Source of the DNA: Orbicella franksi
Taxonomy: Eukaryota
Assembly: GCA_964199315.1 (NCBI GenBank)
Contig: OZ116699.1
Coordinates: 9,486,001 to 9,550,000 of the forward strand
Direction of reading: 5' to 3'
Length of the DNA stretch: 64,000 nt
Under the pieces are notes generated by a model. The model saw nothing but the letters and a program-made list of their open reading frames with translations, ran no database searches and was not told the DNA's origin. Each line of letters starts with the position of its first letter. The stretch's first letter is position 1. The translations under genes were made by a program, and so were the position numbers. Below, piece after piece: positions 24,491 through 38,487 of this stretch.

Positions 24491-27052
24491 ATGGCAGAAA
24501 GTTAATTAATCGCAAACGGAGAAGGCCATAAACTGTTTAATTTCTTTTTTAAATGTTTTCAGGGCCTCACACGAAAGGATTAAATCAGTTTGCGTTCGAA
24601 GGCTTATTAGCCAGGATTTTCCGCTATGTCTTTCTCCAGCAGAGAGGAATCAGAGAGTGAAGCATGAAATAAATTACACATCGTGGTGTTGCGTTGAAGT
24701 GGAATGACTGACACATGACACAGGAAAATCTTTATAAATTGCTACCTTCCTATAATGACAACCCCTATAATCCTTAGTAAAGTTAGACCTACAACGCTAC
24801 CCTGAACGTTGCAGACCATTGCCCCTCCTTACAACAGCAATCTCTCTAACGGTTGTGGTGCTCGCTGTCAGAAAAAAAGGTTGCAATCGCAATTTGGACG
24901 CGCCTTTCATTCGAATGAAGTCCTGGGTGTGGGGGACTAGCGAGCTCTATAGTAGACGATTGCGAGTTTGACATTGAAAATTGCTTTAGTATCATTGATT
25001 CTGTTGCCACGGCATTTATTCTAAACATAACCAACTAGTTGTACGATTTGCGATAGCATTATCAGAAGCCCCCATCACCGTTTTAAAGATGCTTCCTTGA
25101 GCTCGAAATGTCGTTTGTTAGTTCGTGCGCCCGAACCGGATTTGTTTGAGTGAGTAGTTCAAGACCCGCAAGTGAGCAAGTAAACCAAAACGCGACAATT
25201 TATCTGATGTTACCGTTTGATAAACTGTGCCGCTTTAGTTTACGTTGTTTGTTGTGTTTTTTCTGTTCACCGAGCAAACTCTCCAAGGTGCACAGTTACT
25301 TTAAAATCTATATTAAGGATACTTCCCACATTCAAGGGCACAATTCTTTTATTTGACAAAATAAAAGAATGACGATCTAAAAGAAAAACTCGCTTAAATT
25401 GTATTTTTATCGTAACCTACATTTATTAAGCTTTCTTCTGATATATAGCTTGTTGGGGTTTTATTGAAACTGGCGCGCGTACGAATTTTTTCCCGGAGGA
25501 CACCCGCGAAGGTGGGAAGTAACCTTAAGGAGATTCACGTTTTAGATAAACATTTAAATCGCCTCGCTTGTGTAAAGGACTATCATTTTTCACCATTTTA
25601 TTCAAACAACAATCAACGATTTTTTTCTTCTGTTTTGAATCTAACCATTTCCTTTAGCGTAAAACATGACCACCGTGCAATATGTCTGAAAGTAGCTCAG
25701 TTTTTATAAAATAGTCTTTTGTGAAACAGTGAGTCTATAAAGATGTCTTTGGAGCCGTTATGTTCATTTTTTTAAAGCTCCAAATGGATTTAACAATAAA
25801 CTTAAAACTCAAAACAGCCACAGCAACCCAGAAAACACAGGAATACAATAACCAGCGAGCCGAAAGTTTAGTGAAATCGTAAACAGAGCTAAATAGAATG
25901 AGAATTAAAAAATAAAACAACCAAATGAAAATGACGGCCATTGAGCGAGCCGTTTATCCATATAAAGCTAAGAATATATTTTGTCAATTATGACCTTGAT
26001 AGTTAATTAAGTCACAACTTTCGCGATGTCATATTTCGGCCAGTTGCTGTGTAACATTCGTTTCCAAATTCATGATTGATAATAGTTCTTACTACCTGGG
26101 GATTATTTCATAATCATGATCATGGACAGATTTTGGGGGGACGGATAACAATCCTTATTTAACGTTGCCTGGCCTGAACATGAAAATTAAAACTACGTAT
26201 GAATAAATCATTATTTTGCTAATTTGAGTCCACAAGATCGATATGGCAGAATAGGAAAAAAGTATTGTTGTTTGTAAAAAAGGAATTCTTCTTGACATTG
26301 GAACATGTACAGGAACCGGAGTGTGAAAACACTGACCTGCTGTTTGAATCTTCAATGTATAGATGATCAGTGAACGATTCTATATCCTCAGACGAGTACA
26401 AACATCTCTTCAGAGTTCCAAATTCTGGCAATCTATTTTAAATGTTTCTTTAATAGCAATGTCAGCAGGTGTAAAATTAATCTAGCAATCGAGTGCAAGT
26501 AGTAAAACAAAGTGATTGTTAGCTTTTGTGTAAAACGTGTTTTTTTTATTACGTATTGACGCTTTACCGGCTGTTTTCGCTGTATTTATTTTCTTCTGAT
26601 AATTAACGTGGTTTTAACAAGTCGCAACGCCAAGCTGAGAGATCAAGTTTTGATCTTCTTAAATTTCAGAAGAAACAGTGACTGAGCTTATCCCTTCGAT
26701 CGAGGAATTCGATCATCATGAACGCGCCCACACTGATGCGTGTATTTACTCTGAAAACGTTCTTTATTTCATACTTACTGAGATTTTTGGATAGAATCGA
26801 TCGCATGAAAAACCCATACGAAAATTTCTTCATCCAATGACAATCGCGAAACGACTTTCTCACACGTAGGAAAAGCGTTTCATCCAATCAAAAATCAGCT
26901 GTCAAAATGAATCAGTCAGTTCGCAACGCCTTCGCGTTGTTGTTTGCGCGTCTTCAGTCTTCATTCACAGAAGTTTGTAAAGTCTCCACAAGTTTACACT
27001 AGTTTTCTAGCAAATTAGCTATGAACCACAGACAATCTCTGAAGATCTCTGA

Positions 27053-27498
27053 ATGGCGGAAAGTCCGAACAGGTTTATCGCTTTAGCCAAACCTATTGAA
27101 GACAGCAGGACAAAAACACTCGGGCAAAAACCTGACGCGACGTTAGCTTGTTTTAGCCAATTCCTCAAACAGAAGGAAGAGATGAAAAAAGTGGAGAAAT
27201 CCAATCAGATGAACTCAACAAGTACAGTACATGTGCGAATTTATTTTAAACGTCAAACGAAAAGATGACCAGGATCACAAGCCATCAACCCTTCGGGGGC
27301 TCTTTTCAAGTTTTAGCCGGCTTTTAAAGAAGACAAATATCCCGAAAGCATTATCGATGACAAAGAGTTTTACCAAGCAAGGAAATGTCTGGAAGCTCGA
27401 TACAAACAACTTAAAAAACAAGGCAAAGGGAACAAATCAAACGTGGCTGAAGCGTTGACTGATGAAGAGGTAAACATTTTGCACGAAGAATATTTACA
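27053..27498 (+). pseudogene. CryptonA/DUF3504-type tyrosine recombinase remnant (frameshifted, truncated)
   Basis: YPESIIDDKEFYQARKCLEARYKQLKKQGKGNKSNVAEALTDEEVNILHE at ~27335-27490. Confidence 0.75.
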
Positions 27499-27891
27499 GT
27501 AGGCTTTCGAAGAAGCGCCAAAGTGCTCCCGGACTGAACAAAAACATAACTTGACTAATATTCTGCTGAATGAAAAAGCAAATAAATTTTATTAAAACAG
27601 TCGAATGTGAAAATCTCAGTAAGAATAAGATAAACAAATTACAGCATGGAAAGTGCTTTGTACGGTATCTACGCACTCGTTGTTTTTGTATCAGAAAACT
27701 CACTAGTTCGCTTCGCTAACTCTTTCGTTTTCTGATACGTGAACAACTCGTGCGTAAATTCCTTACGCGCGCACTTTCCATGAAGTAATCTATATTTTCT
27801 CAAGCACAATTATAGCGGAGCTCCGACGGCCCCAAGGGCCGCCAAGCGAAGCACCATAACAATAGTAATAATATACATGAAAAACTTACTC

Positions 27892-27924
<33 letters not shown>

Positions 27925-30606
27925 TGTAACACCAATGCAAAAAGTTTAACACCAGTGCAAAAAGTGTAACACCAGGGCAAATTATACAACGTAATCCTAG
28001 ATTATGATTGGCTGAAAGAAAATAAGAATTTTCTAAGCCAATGATATCACGCAAAATGATGGCGAAAATTTAGTGCGGAAACTTTGAAAAAAGTTTTCTC
28101 GAATGAGAAAAAATGGCTTCAAGAAAGATTTTCCGGCATTTCCTCCAGCTCCGCCTTTAGGCTTGGCTAAATATATATATAGTATAAAATTTCTCTTCAA
28201 ACCGAATACTTCAGAACAGAACGGGTCGAGTAACATAGACTTTGATCGTAGTAATTGAGAGAGTGAGGGATAGTTAAAAATACTATAGTGCACATTTTTT
28301 CTGTCCCATTTCCTTTCAACGCTTGACGAAGGAATTATAAATGTACAACGAAAGGGGCTGACTGAAAATTCGTATAACGATGCAATTTCTCCGAAAACAC
28401 CATTACTTTAATACTACCATATTGAGAAATGTTTGTCATCTTATATTTCAACAAGAATTGTCAAATTTCGACAGGACTAAGGTTTTCAACATGCTCAAGA
28501 AATATCGAAGAGGCAGCAAATGTTTTAGACTGCGGAAGTGAGCATCAAACCTTCTCAGTTTCCCCGCGCCATCCGGAAAGCTTGTTTTTAGATATTCACA
28601 GGCAAAAGTGCGAAACCATAAGATTGGAATCTTAGTTAACGTCACACCAAAACTTACACCCAAACAAAAAAAATCCTTAAATCTGCCATCAGAACTCAGT
28701 ATACATGCACTGGCTGCGGGAGTATGGAAATTTGGAGTAATCGATAATCTATCAGGCTGTTTTATAAATCTTAGATCATCCATCAAAACTAATTTTTGAA
28801 CGTTAATATCGAAAAATTTTATTAGATTAAAACAGTCACATATGCCAAACATAATAGCAGATACATCTGGACTAAGTTATGGTATACTTTACTTGGTGGC
28901 ATTAGAAATCAGCCAACATTAACGACGTTCAAGAAAATGTTCGTTAGATTGACTCAAACCTTTTTTGCTGACGTTTAATGCTGAGATTTCTCGTTCCCCA
29001 ACTTGAAAATTAGCCAAACGAAATTTTAGATGAGCTAGTATAAGAATAAATCCTTTAACTAGTCGAGATCGCCGAAAAGACACTGACAGCAATGTCAAAT
29101 AAAAATTTACAGAACTCTGAGTCTCGATCACTATCATAATGAAGTGAAAAAGTACTGACCTGATCTCGTGAAGATGAAATCTGGGCGTAGCCAGTAAATA
29201 CAAAGTTCATTTTTGCTTAACTGTTGGTTTTTGGTGAAATAGCCAAGTAAACACACAATAAAACAGGAAGTCAGTTACCGTCAGAAGCATCGAGTTATGT
29301 TTTCTTCCACATAGTGGAAAGGACAAGAGACACCGGATAGATAGCACAATTTGATCACACGCTTATCCACTGATTGGTTTGCCTTCTTTATAAGATTACA
29401 AAATTTGCATCAGTGTAGTATTTTACTTATGGCTGATTGTGTGTCTGATAAATTGGAGTGTAAACACCGTTGATTAGATTCCGTTTGTGAATCAATTTTG
29501 GTGTCGGTTAATAAGTTCTTCAGCGATTGAACCGGCAGCCGAAAACTATTCCAAATGAACCATTCATATAAATAGAAGAGACGTTAATGAACTTGCTGCT
29601 TGTCATGATTTTAACTGTCTTTTATTTACCGCTCATGTGTTTCCTGTCCAAACATAAGCCTAATGGACTGCACACCGAAAAATATCTTGACAACATACAA
29701 GTAATAAGATGCGTAAATGGATAATCTGAAATTCCAGTAATTAAGAAAGGCACTCGTCCCCCTGTGATACATTTATTCACTGAGCAATTTTTATTCAGCA
29801 AATGTCAATAATATGATGAATGAACATTGCTGGTTTTTGCCAATAAAACATGAAAACGGCAATAATGGATAATTCTTCTTCCGAGATGAGATATATCCAT
29901 GTTGCCAATCCAGCCTTGGATTTAATTGTCTTCTACTTTCGCTTTTTCTTTAAAATTCAATTCGCAAAACTGTTCTCGTGAGCATTGATCTTTTGGTCCG
30001 CCATTTGTGCGAGCGCGTTTCGAAATACGAGATCCAGATTTAAAACCAAATTTGGATTTCCCAACGGAAAGCATTTAAGGTTTGCTTTGTCTCCGATGCA
30101 GGTGTAATGCTTACAAATAAAATGCAGATAATGAAATACGAAAACGTCCACCAGAAGTTTTTCTATTGACGTGGTTTACATTCTTCGGACTTAGTTTTGG
30201 CCATGAGATCTGGCTTTTCATTGAATTATCCACTTGGTGACGAAAGTCTGCGATTCATTGGTGTGGTAAAAATTATATGAAAACAGTGATGAGCTAACAA
30301 GCTGTTAACATTTCAGTATAAATATAACGCCCGGCTTTTTCTGTGATTGAATCCTTTTTCATTTAGTGTATGCCGGTGTGATGAAAAATGGCGTATAATT
30401 GTGCCTGGAGTTTAGGCGCACCTTAATCAACATGGAAGGGCCTTTGTATTGTGGCGGCTCGTTGTTTGGGTTTTCATGTTAGGTCGCAATACCAAAATTT
30501 ACTGGGATGAGTTGAACCGCATTAATGAGGTCCTAAATGAGTTGAAATAGTTGTAAACAACAGTTTTGGAATGAATACCTTTTTTCCGATACGAATTTAC
30601 AGTACA

Positions 30607-30648
30607 ATAATACAAGTTTCGACAGTAGCTTCTGTCATCATCAGTTAC
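30607..30648 (-). ncRNA. Minimal type I hammerhead ribozyme-like motif (Penelope-type)
   Basis: gtaa-CTGATGA-t-gacag/aagcta/ctgtc-GAAA-ctt-GTA-ttat on the minus strand. Confidence 0.6.
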
Positions 30649-31331
30649 AGCTACTGAGAGTGAAATTGAATATAAAAGTTAATGTAAAAGTCTTGTAAAA
30701 TAGGGGTTACCTAGAATAACTTACATAACACGAATAAAATACGTGGAATTAAAAACAAAACAACAACAGTTCAATACAGAAAAACGCGTGCTGAAAGATT
30801 AAAATAAAAGAGACAAATTGACATGATGAATTTGCTGACCGAAGTTACTGTAGAAACATGTATTTAAAACTGAAAAGTGTTCAAATATATTAGTAGCCTG
30901 CTGCTAACAAAACAAGACGTTTTGATAATTAATTGTATAGGAAAAAATAAAACGTCACTCCAGAAGCCGGAAAAAAATTGCTATGCTTTTGTGGTAGTTG
31001 TTGATTCTTCTTTAAAAGAGGACGATGGAAAAAATTGGGTGTTCATTAAGTTTATTTATTTTAATCAAACAACATTGTTCGATTTAGTCTTACTTTTTTC
31101 GTTTAAAAGACAAACGTTCAATGTGGTATTTTTAAGTGCCTGTCATGTTATTAGGAATGTGGCGTGACACGCGTAACTATAGTCATGTGATTAGCGAGTC
31201 ATGTGAACCATGGTGCCTCGTGGCGCCGCAGTTGTTGTAGAGCAAGACCCGAACTGGACATTAAAAGTTTTCTCGTAGTTTCAGCCCGTAGCTCTGTGAT
31301 TTCATTGTCATCACAACTCAACAAGGAATAC

Positions 31332-34300
31332 TATAGTGTATTGAGCCAGCGGTTGACATTATGAGCATGCGCACTTATGCGCATTCTGTTCCATGTACTT
31401 CGATCGAAATAAACCAAATACATGACAGTGGCGACGAGGATGAAGTCGTAGGAAAACGTCGAAAATATGACTGCTATCGGGAAGATAGAGAGTTTTGATG
31501 AGACACAAGAGAAATGGGAAACTTATGCGGAACGTGTAGAACAGTTTTTCTTAGTAAACAACATCGATGAGAACCGCCAAGTGCCAACCTTGTTAAGCTT
31601 GATCGGCAGCAAAACGTACACATTGTTGAGGGACCTTCTTTCACCGGATAAACCAGCCACGAAGAGCTTCCAAGAGATCGTCACGACCCTTCAGCAACAC
31701 TTAAGTCCTAAACCATTGGAAATAGCAGAACGCTTTCGTTTTTACAAACGAAATCAGCGAGAAGGAGAAACCGTGTTGGCCTACGTAGCAGAACTGAAGA
31801 AACTAGCGACTCACTGCAATTTTAGCGCGAACCTTAACGAAGCTTTACGGGATAAATTGGTCTGTGGCCTTCAAAATATGCAGATACAAAGGCGTTTGCT
31901 TTCAGAAGCAAAACTGAAATATTCCAAGGCTTTGGAGATAGCCGTAGCGATGGAAACTGCCGTTCGTGATGCTTCGGAATTGCACAGTGAGCTGCACGCA
32001 GAACCTCGAGTTGACAAGATCTCAGAAAACAGCAAACCACCGCCACCGCCACCGCCGTCGCCGTCGCCGTCGCCGCCGAACCTCACGCCTAAGGGTTGCT
32101 ATCGATGCGGAGGAGACTCGCACGCATCACACAATTGCAGATTCAAGGACCAGACATGTTATCATTGTGGGAAGGTGGGCCATATTTCCAGAGTTTGTAA
32201 CTCGAGACGACAAGGTAAGCCAAAGCAACCACTCAAAACACCACAAAACACTCAAGTCCATACTGTTCAGTACAGTGAAAGTGATGAATTTGAAGATGTG
32301 TTAGCAAGCATGAAGATACACAATGTGAGGAAACCGAGCAGTAATGTAATCTGGGTAGATCTGAAAGTAGAAGGGAAACCGTTGAAAATGGAACTGGACA
32401 CAGGCTCGGCTGTGTCGATCATTCCACATGATTTGTACGAGCAGAAATGTAACGACAAACCCTTCCATAAAACTGAACTAATGTTGAAAACCTACACGGG
32501 GGAAAGCATTGTTCCACTGGGAGTGCTTAAGGCAAATGTTGAGTACAAAAGTCAGCAACCTTTACTGTTGGATCTGTATGTGGTTAAGAATAAGGGCCCT
32601 GTGTTGATGGGAAGGGATTGGCTCTACAAGATACGCCTGGATTGGTATGCTATTAAATCACTGAAAGCTTCACAAACCCCACCAATTGCTAACGAACGTC
32701 TGCAGACCATGCTAGACAAATACTCTGATGTTTTTGAAGATAAACTGGGAACATTGAAATCAGATAAGGCAAGGCTAACCCTCAAAGAAGATAGCCAAGC
32801 TCATTTCTGCAAAGCTCGTGCCGTACCTTACGCCTTGAGGCCCAAGGTTGAAGAAGAACTGAGAAGACTTCAGAATGAAGGTATTTTCACGAAAGTTGAG
32901 TGGAGCGACTGGGCAACGCCCATTGTACCTGTCCCAAAGAAAGATGGGTCTGTCAGAATTTGTGGTGATGACAAAGGCACAGTGAACCCAGAACTACAAG
33001 CTGAGCAGTATCCTTTACCGCGCATTGAAGATATCTTTGCAAAGCTTAGTGGTGGGCAGAAATTCTCAAAGATTGACCTTCGTCAGGCATACCACCAACT
33101 AGAGATGGAAGAAGATTCCAAGAAATACCTCACCATCAACACACACATGGGCCTGTTTCAGTACAACAGACTGGTGTTTGGCATCACATCAGCACCTGCA
33201 ATCTGGCAGCGCACCATTGATCAAGTGCTGGAAGGAACATCTGGCACAAGCTGTATCCTTGATGACATGATCATTACTAGCAAGGATGATGCAGAACACC
33301 TGGCTAACTTAGAAGAAGTTCTACGACGGCTTCCGCTTCATGGGTTGAGAGCAAACAAGGCAAAATGTGAGTTTTTCAAGGAGAAGATAACTTATTGTGG
33401 ACATGACATCGACAAAGATGGCCTACACAAGTCAGCAGAGAAAGTAGAAGCAGTATTGAATGCGCCACGTCCAAACGATGTAGTTGAAGTGAGATCCTTT
33501 CTCGGGCTAATCAATTACTATCACAGGTTCTTGCCTAACCTATCGACAGTAGTACATCCCCTGACACAACTTTTGGAGAAGAATCATCAGTGGAAATGGA
33601 CAGAACAGTGCGAGATAGCATTCCACAAAGTGAAAGAAATGATCACGTCAGAACAAGTTTTAACGCATTATGATCCCAGCCTACCACTAAGGCTTGCTTG
33701 TGATGCATCCCCTGTCGGTATTGGAGCGGTGCTGTCTCACGTGATGCACGATGGTACCGAGCGACCCATAGCTTTTGCTTCAAGGACACTCACCAAAACT
33801 GAGCAAAAGTATGCACAGATTGACAAAGAAGCCTTGTCAATAATCTGGGGGGTAAAGAAGTTCCATATGTATTTGTTTGGCCGCTCTTTCACATTGTACA
33901 CAGATCATCAGCCCTTGACGTCAATCTTTCATCCGCGGAAAAGCATCCCTGTGGTCACTGCAGCTCGACTGCAACGTTATGCCTTGTTCCTGGCGGGCTA
34001 TGATTACACCATTGAATACAAGAACACTAAAGTTCACAGTAATGCCGATGGTCTTTCCCGCTTTCCACTCGTAAAGGAATCCAGAGATGAAGAAGTTGTC
34101 GACCCTGTGGGTGTATTTAATTTGATGCAGTTTGATCCACTGCCAGTCACAGTGGATAACGTTAGACGAGAAACACAGAGAGATCCAGTTTTGGCTCAAG
34201 TGTATGAGATGACCAGCAAAGGTTGGCCACACAACACTGCTCCTGCACTCAACCCCTAATTTGTTCGCAAAGATGAGATCACATTACAATCAGGCTGTCT

Positions 34301-35680
34301 GATGTGGGGAATAAGAGTCGTAGTACCTCCAAAGTTGCGCCCTCAAGTTCTCGAGGAACTGCATCAGGGACATATGGGGGTCGTGAAGATGAAGGCCCTC
34401 GCCCGAAGTTATATCTGGTGGCCTGAAATCGACAAGGAAATTGAACTGACGGTTAAGTCCTGCTCAGGTTGCCAACTAACACAGAGAGAGCCCAGTACAG
34501 TAAGGGTGCACGCATGGGAGTGGCCTTCGTCCCCCTGGCAACGAATTCACATTGATTTTGCAGGTCCGTTCCTCAACAGCATGTTCTTGGTGATAGTGGA
34601 TGTACATTCAAGATGGCTAGAGATAGAGAGAATGACTAGTACAACCTCAGAGAAGACCATTGAAGTCCTTCAGAAATTATTTGCCAGATATGGAATACCA
34701 GCCCAGTTAGTAAGCGATAACGGGTCGCAATTTACATCAGAAGAGTTTCAGCAATTCCTTAAGAGAAACGGAATCAAACACATCACGTCAGCACCTTACC
34801 ACCCTTCCACTAACGGGCTGGCGGAACGCGGTGCGAGGAGCTTCAAAAGTGCGATGAAGAGCGAAACTGAAGTGAAATCCTTGAATCTTAAGTTGGCAAG
34901 ATTTTTGCTGGGTTATCGGAACACTCCCCACTCAACCACTGGAGAGCCACCATCCCAGTTGTTCTTGGGAAGAAGATTACGCACTCGACTGGACCTTTTA
35001 AAACCAGATCTCAGCGTCCAGATAAACAACCGTCAGATAGACCAGTCTGTCGCCAAGGGTGGTTCTGTAACGCGGCATTTTTCCATTGGCCAGAGAGTAA
35101 TAGCACGAAATTACAATGGAAAATCAAAGTGGGTACCAGGTATTGTGCGTGCACAACTAGGACCCCTGTCTTATGAAGTGGAGATTGGGCCTAACTTAGT
35201 TTGGCGTCGACACACAGACCAAATCAAAGATTCCAATGTTCCTGTTGCAGACAACCGTACACCAGTTATCCAGCCGTTGCTGTTCCCACCCCCAGTCGAA
35301 TGCCATGGTGAGCAAGTAGCTGAGCCGCCTGAGCAGAGAGAAGCCGTCCCACGGGAAACGTGTTTTCAGCCATCCAATTCAGGGGCTAAACCTTCAGTTA
35401 GCAGCCCACCGAGCCAGATTGAACATGTTCCTGTTAGAAGATACCCTACCAGAGAGAGGAAGCCCCCAGCCCGACTGGACCTTTGAACATTGAACTGCCC
35501 ATTTCTGGGGCTCTGACTTTATTTTTAAGAATAGCATGTTGTGTTGAACTTTTGGGGTACGAGACTGGCTTAAGGGGGAGGAGTTGTAGTGTATTGAGCC
35601 AGCGGTTGACATTATGAGCATGCGCACTTATGCGCATTCTGTTCCATGTGCTTCGATCGAAATAAACCAAATACATGACA
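31332..35680 (+). mobile_element. Full-length Ty3/gypsy LTR retrotransposon (Mag-like)
   Basis: LTRs 31332-31427 and 35585-35680 (96 bp, 2 mismatches); 5-bp TSD AATAC; PBS TGGCGACGAGGATG (31429-31442); PPT AAGGGGGAGGAG. Confidence 0.97.
31467..35486 (+). pseudogene. gag-pol polyprotein (2 CCHC knuckles, protease, RT, RNase H, integrase) with one nonsense codon
   Basis: ELDTGS protease; ILDD RT; LACDAS RNase H; HHCC plus IHIDF/SDNG/GLAER integrase. TAA at 34257-34259 is in frame with the 34302 ORF. Confidence 0.93.
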
Positions 35681-37999
35681 AATACTGTGACTGTGGCCTT
35701 TTACTCTGCGGCAACTTATGTTTCATTGCCATGGCAAAAAGACGAGCTACAAGCGGGAATGAATTCTCCGTTTGACGCGAGGCTTTCATCACGATCTGGT
35801 CTGTTACGTGTTTAGCTGCTCTTTTCTTGAAAAAGTTTCAATAACTTTATTTGAAATTAAGAACAATAGAACTCTAACCCCAACGTTACTCTGCTATATA
35901 TGAACAGGTTGAAAGCTGCAAAAATCCCTACGATTTTTGTAACCTTTAGAAAAGTGTACGGCAATTGAACAGAATTTTTATCGTACTTATGATTACACTT
36001 TTTCGTCTTTATAAGAATATGACTGAAATTTGCGAAATTTTAAGAAAATATTAAGAATGAAGCCGAGGCTCAGATTGTGAAAAGAATAAATATAATTTTG
36101 TGTTTTCTTTCTTTCTTTCACATGTAGACTAGAAAGAATAACATTACAAGAAATGTGGAAATACTATTAAGCTTCATGAGGCTATTTCATCGTTATAAAT
36201 GTATATTATATTTATGTATGTGTATATAGCACTGCCAAGATTAACTTATTTTATTTGATAACACTACATGTGAGTAGTTAGGAATAAATCATTTAATGAA
36301 TGGTTATGCATTAAGAAAGCTCCATCTGAGTCACTCAGATGACACAAATATTCAGCCAAATTAATTCTTTTACATGTTAATTGATTGTATGCAGTGTGTA
36401 TACGTACAATCTGGAAGCATTTTCAATTTATAGTGGACCTTCCTAAATATGGAGAGCAAAGGGCCAGAGCTGAGTGTCCATATTATAGAGGTACAGATTG
36501 TAATAATTCTGGTTTTTCTGGGACCAACTAAGCTGTCATTATTGTGGTGGTGTCCGTAGTGAGAGGTTAAAGTGCATTTTACAGTTAAACAAACATGTTT
36601 TGCACCTGTTTCTGACCTACAGGTAGTTACAACCACTATTTTGACCCCCTTCTGAATTGTCACACAAACCCTGCAGTTAAAAGGATCTTCTCCCTCAGCA
36701 ACCATGAGCACCTTCGGGAAGTACCAGCTAACCTAATTGTTTATAAATTATTTTTAAGCTCTTGCAAGCAGCCATTAAAGGAGTGTGCAATATTTTCATC
36801 GTTCAAATGAGAGATTTCTAGGTTTCAATTTAAAACTTCTACATGTAGTTACCTTTCCTGTTAATCAAAGAATCTCTTCCATGTATCAAAGGCAATTATT
36901 TTTAGGATAGTTACAATTGCTGGGAATACCACAAATGAACATTTACATGCCCCAGGCTTTTAATGCTAAAAGCTCGCACAAGAGAGTGACCATTTACATG
37001 TGCATGTCCCAGGCTTTATGCTAAAAGTTCACATAAAAGACCAGGTTATATTGTTTCAATCCCTGGTTGTATATAAGAGTTCATTTTTGAATTCTTGAGA
37101 TGGCTGCGGGGAGAGCTTTGACAGTATTATTGATCGCTAATATTGCAGTTTGAATTTTTCGTATTGCTATAATACGTATATCTTGAGACAAGTGTTTTAA
37201 ATCAGCTATTATTAATACTGTAGTATTACCATTAGTAGTATTAGTAATGGTTTTGTACAGTAGCGTAGAAAAATGAACATCAAGGTGGACTTATTAGATT
37301 AATATATATTTCTCTAGAGCAGTTTTCAATCGAGTGTCGAATTAAGTAATCAAAGGATACCTTTGGTTTTGGTTTTGGTTTAACTATGGTGAATGAGATT
37401 GGCCGTGTAGTCTAATTGGTAAGTGATTAGTTGTGTTTTGGTTTTACAACACTCAATTGAAAACAGCTCTAATATACCTTCATTGATGGAAAGATATTAC
37501 CAAATTACACTGCTGTCAAATATCCTAGCAATATCGAAGGAACCCAAAATTTTCTGAGAGTTTAAAAGGTCACGCCACCAGTTTGATCCAGTTTGTTTGT
37601 ATTTCTATCTTCTTTCCCAAGGTCCTTTCATTTGTGTGTCATAATTTTGATACATGCAGCATGAATCTCGATTTTTAGTTGCATAACTTTAGCTAACTTT
37701 GAACTTCAGAATTTATTTGTTATTGAAAGGCACACAGGTTATTATATTTTGTGTAAGCCTGCCACCATCCTTATTTTGCTGTTTACAAAGCTCTCTTTGC
37801 AATAAGTGTAATAAGATAATGTTCTAATTCTCAATACCTTCCTATTTTACATGTTGATTTTACAGACACTATCAGTGTACTTTTGTTTGACTTGCTGTGT
37901 AGTTTATTTTTCTACATTGTACTAAGGTTTTACGCAATATTCAGTTTGCTTTTTACAAGATTTTATTGAGATTATGTCTTACGGCTTTCGCACCCGTTC

Positions 38000-38487
38000 C
38001 TTTTGTACAGGTTGATTCTACAGAGAAAATGTGGGCATTATGCAGAGATTTATACGAATAAAATGCTTACATTTTACAGACATTATGTCATTATGTTATG
38101 TAGATTTTAATGACATTTTATGATATTATTTTAACTCAAATTTTACAGACATAATATCGAGATTTCATGTTTTCGATTTTACAGAGATTTTTTCTCCTAG
38201 CCCCTTTTACAGAGAAAATGTGGACATTTTACAGAGATTTCTTTAAAAGCCATAAACTCTCTGTACATTTTACCAACCATTTACAAGAAAAATAGCAACA
38301 TTTCGTCGACATTTTATGCGATCTGAAAGCGAAACGTGTACTTAAATTTACAGACTTTTTATAGAGATTACAAAATCTCTGTAAGTGTGCAAATTTACAG
38401 ACATTGTAATTTACAAAGGAAATGTTGACATTTACAGATATTTAATGAACTTTCTTGAAGTCTGTAAATGGTTCAAATTTTCCAGTG
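38000..38487 (-). mobile_element. EnSpm/CACTA-like terminus with TTTACAGA sub-terminal repeats
   Basis: CACTGGAAAA read leftward from 38487; at least eight TTTACAGA copies; second terminus not found. Confidence 0.45.

Noticed and set aside
26337-26424. Orphan minus-strand exon-like segment (EFGTLKRCLYSSEDIESFTDHLYIEDSNSR, strong donor)
   Set aside because: Weak acceptor, no partner exons and no recognisable domain.
28429-28852. 134-aa and overlapping ORFs
   Set aside because: No motif or splice context recognised; left unannotated.
31146-31323. Possible solo LTR (TG...CA) next to the gypsy element
   Set aside because: No matching TSD and no second copy in the window.
36408-36732. Two small exon-like pieces that could be a transposon accessory gene
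   Set aside because: Phases are incompatible and there is no recognisable homology.
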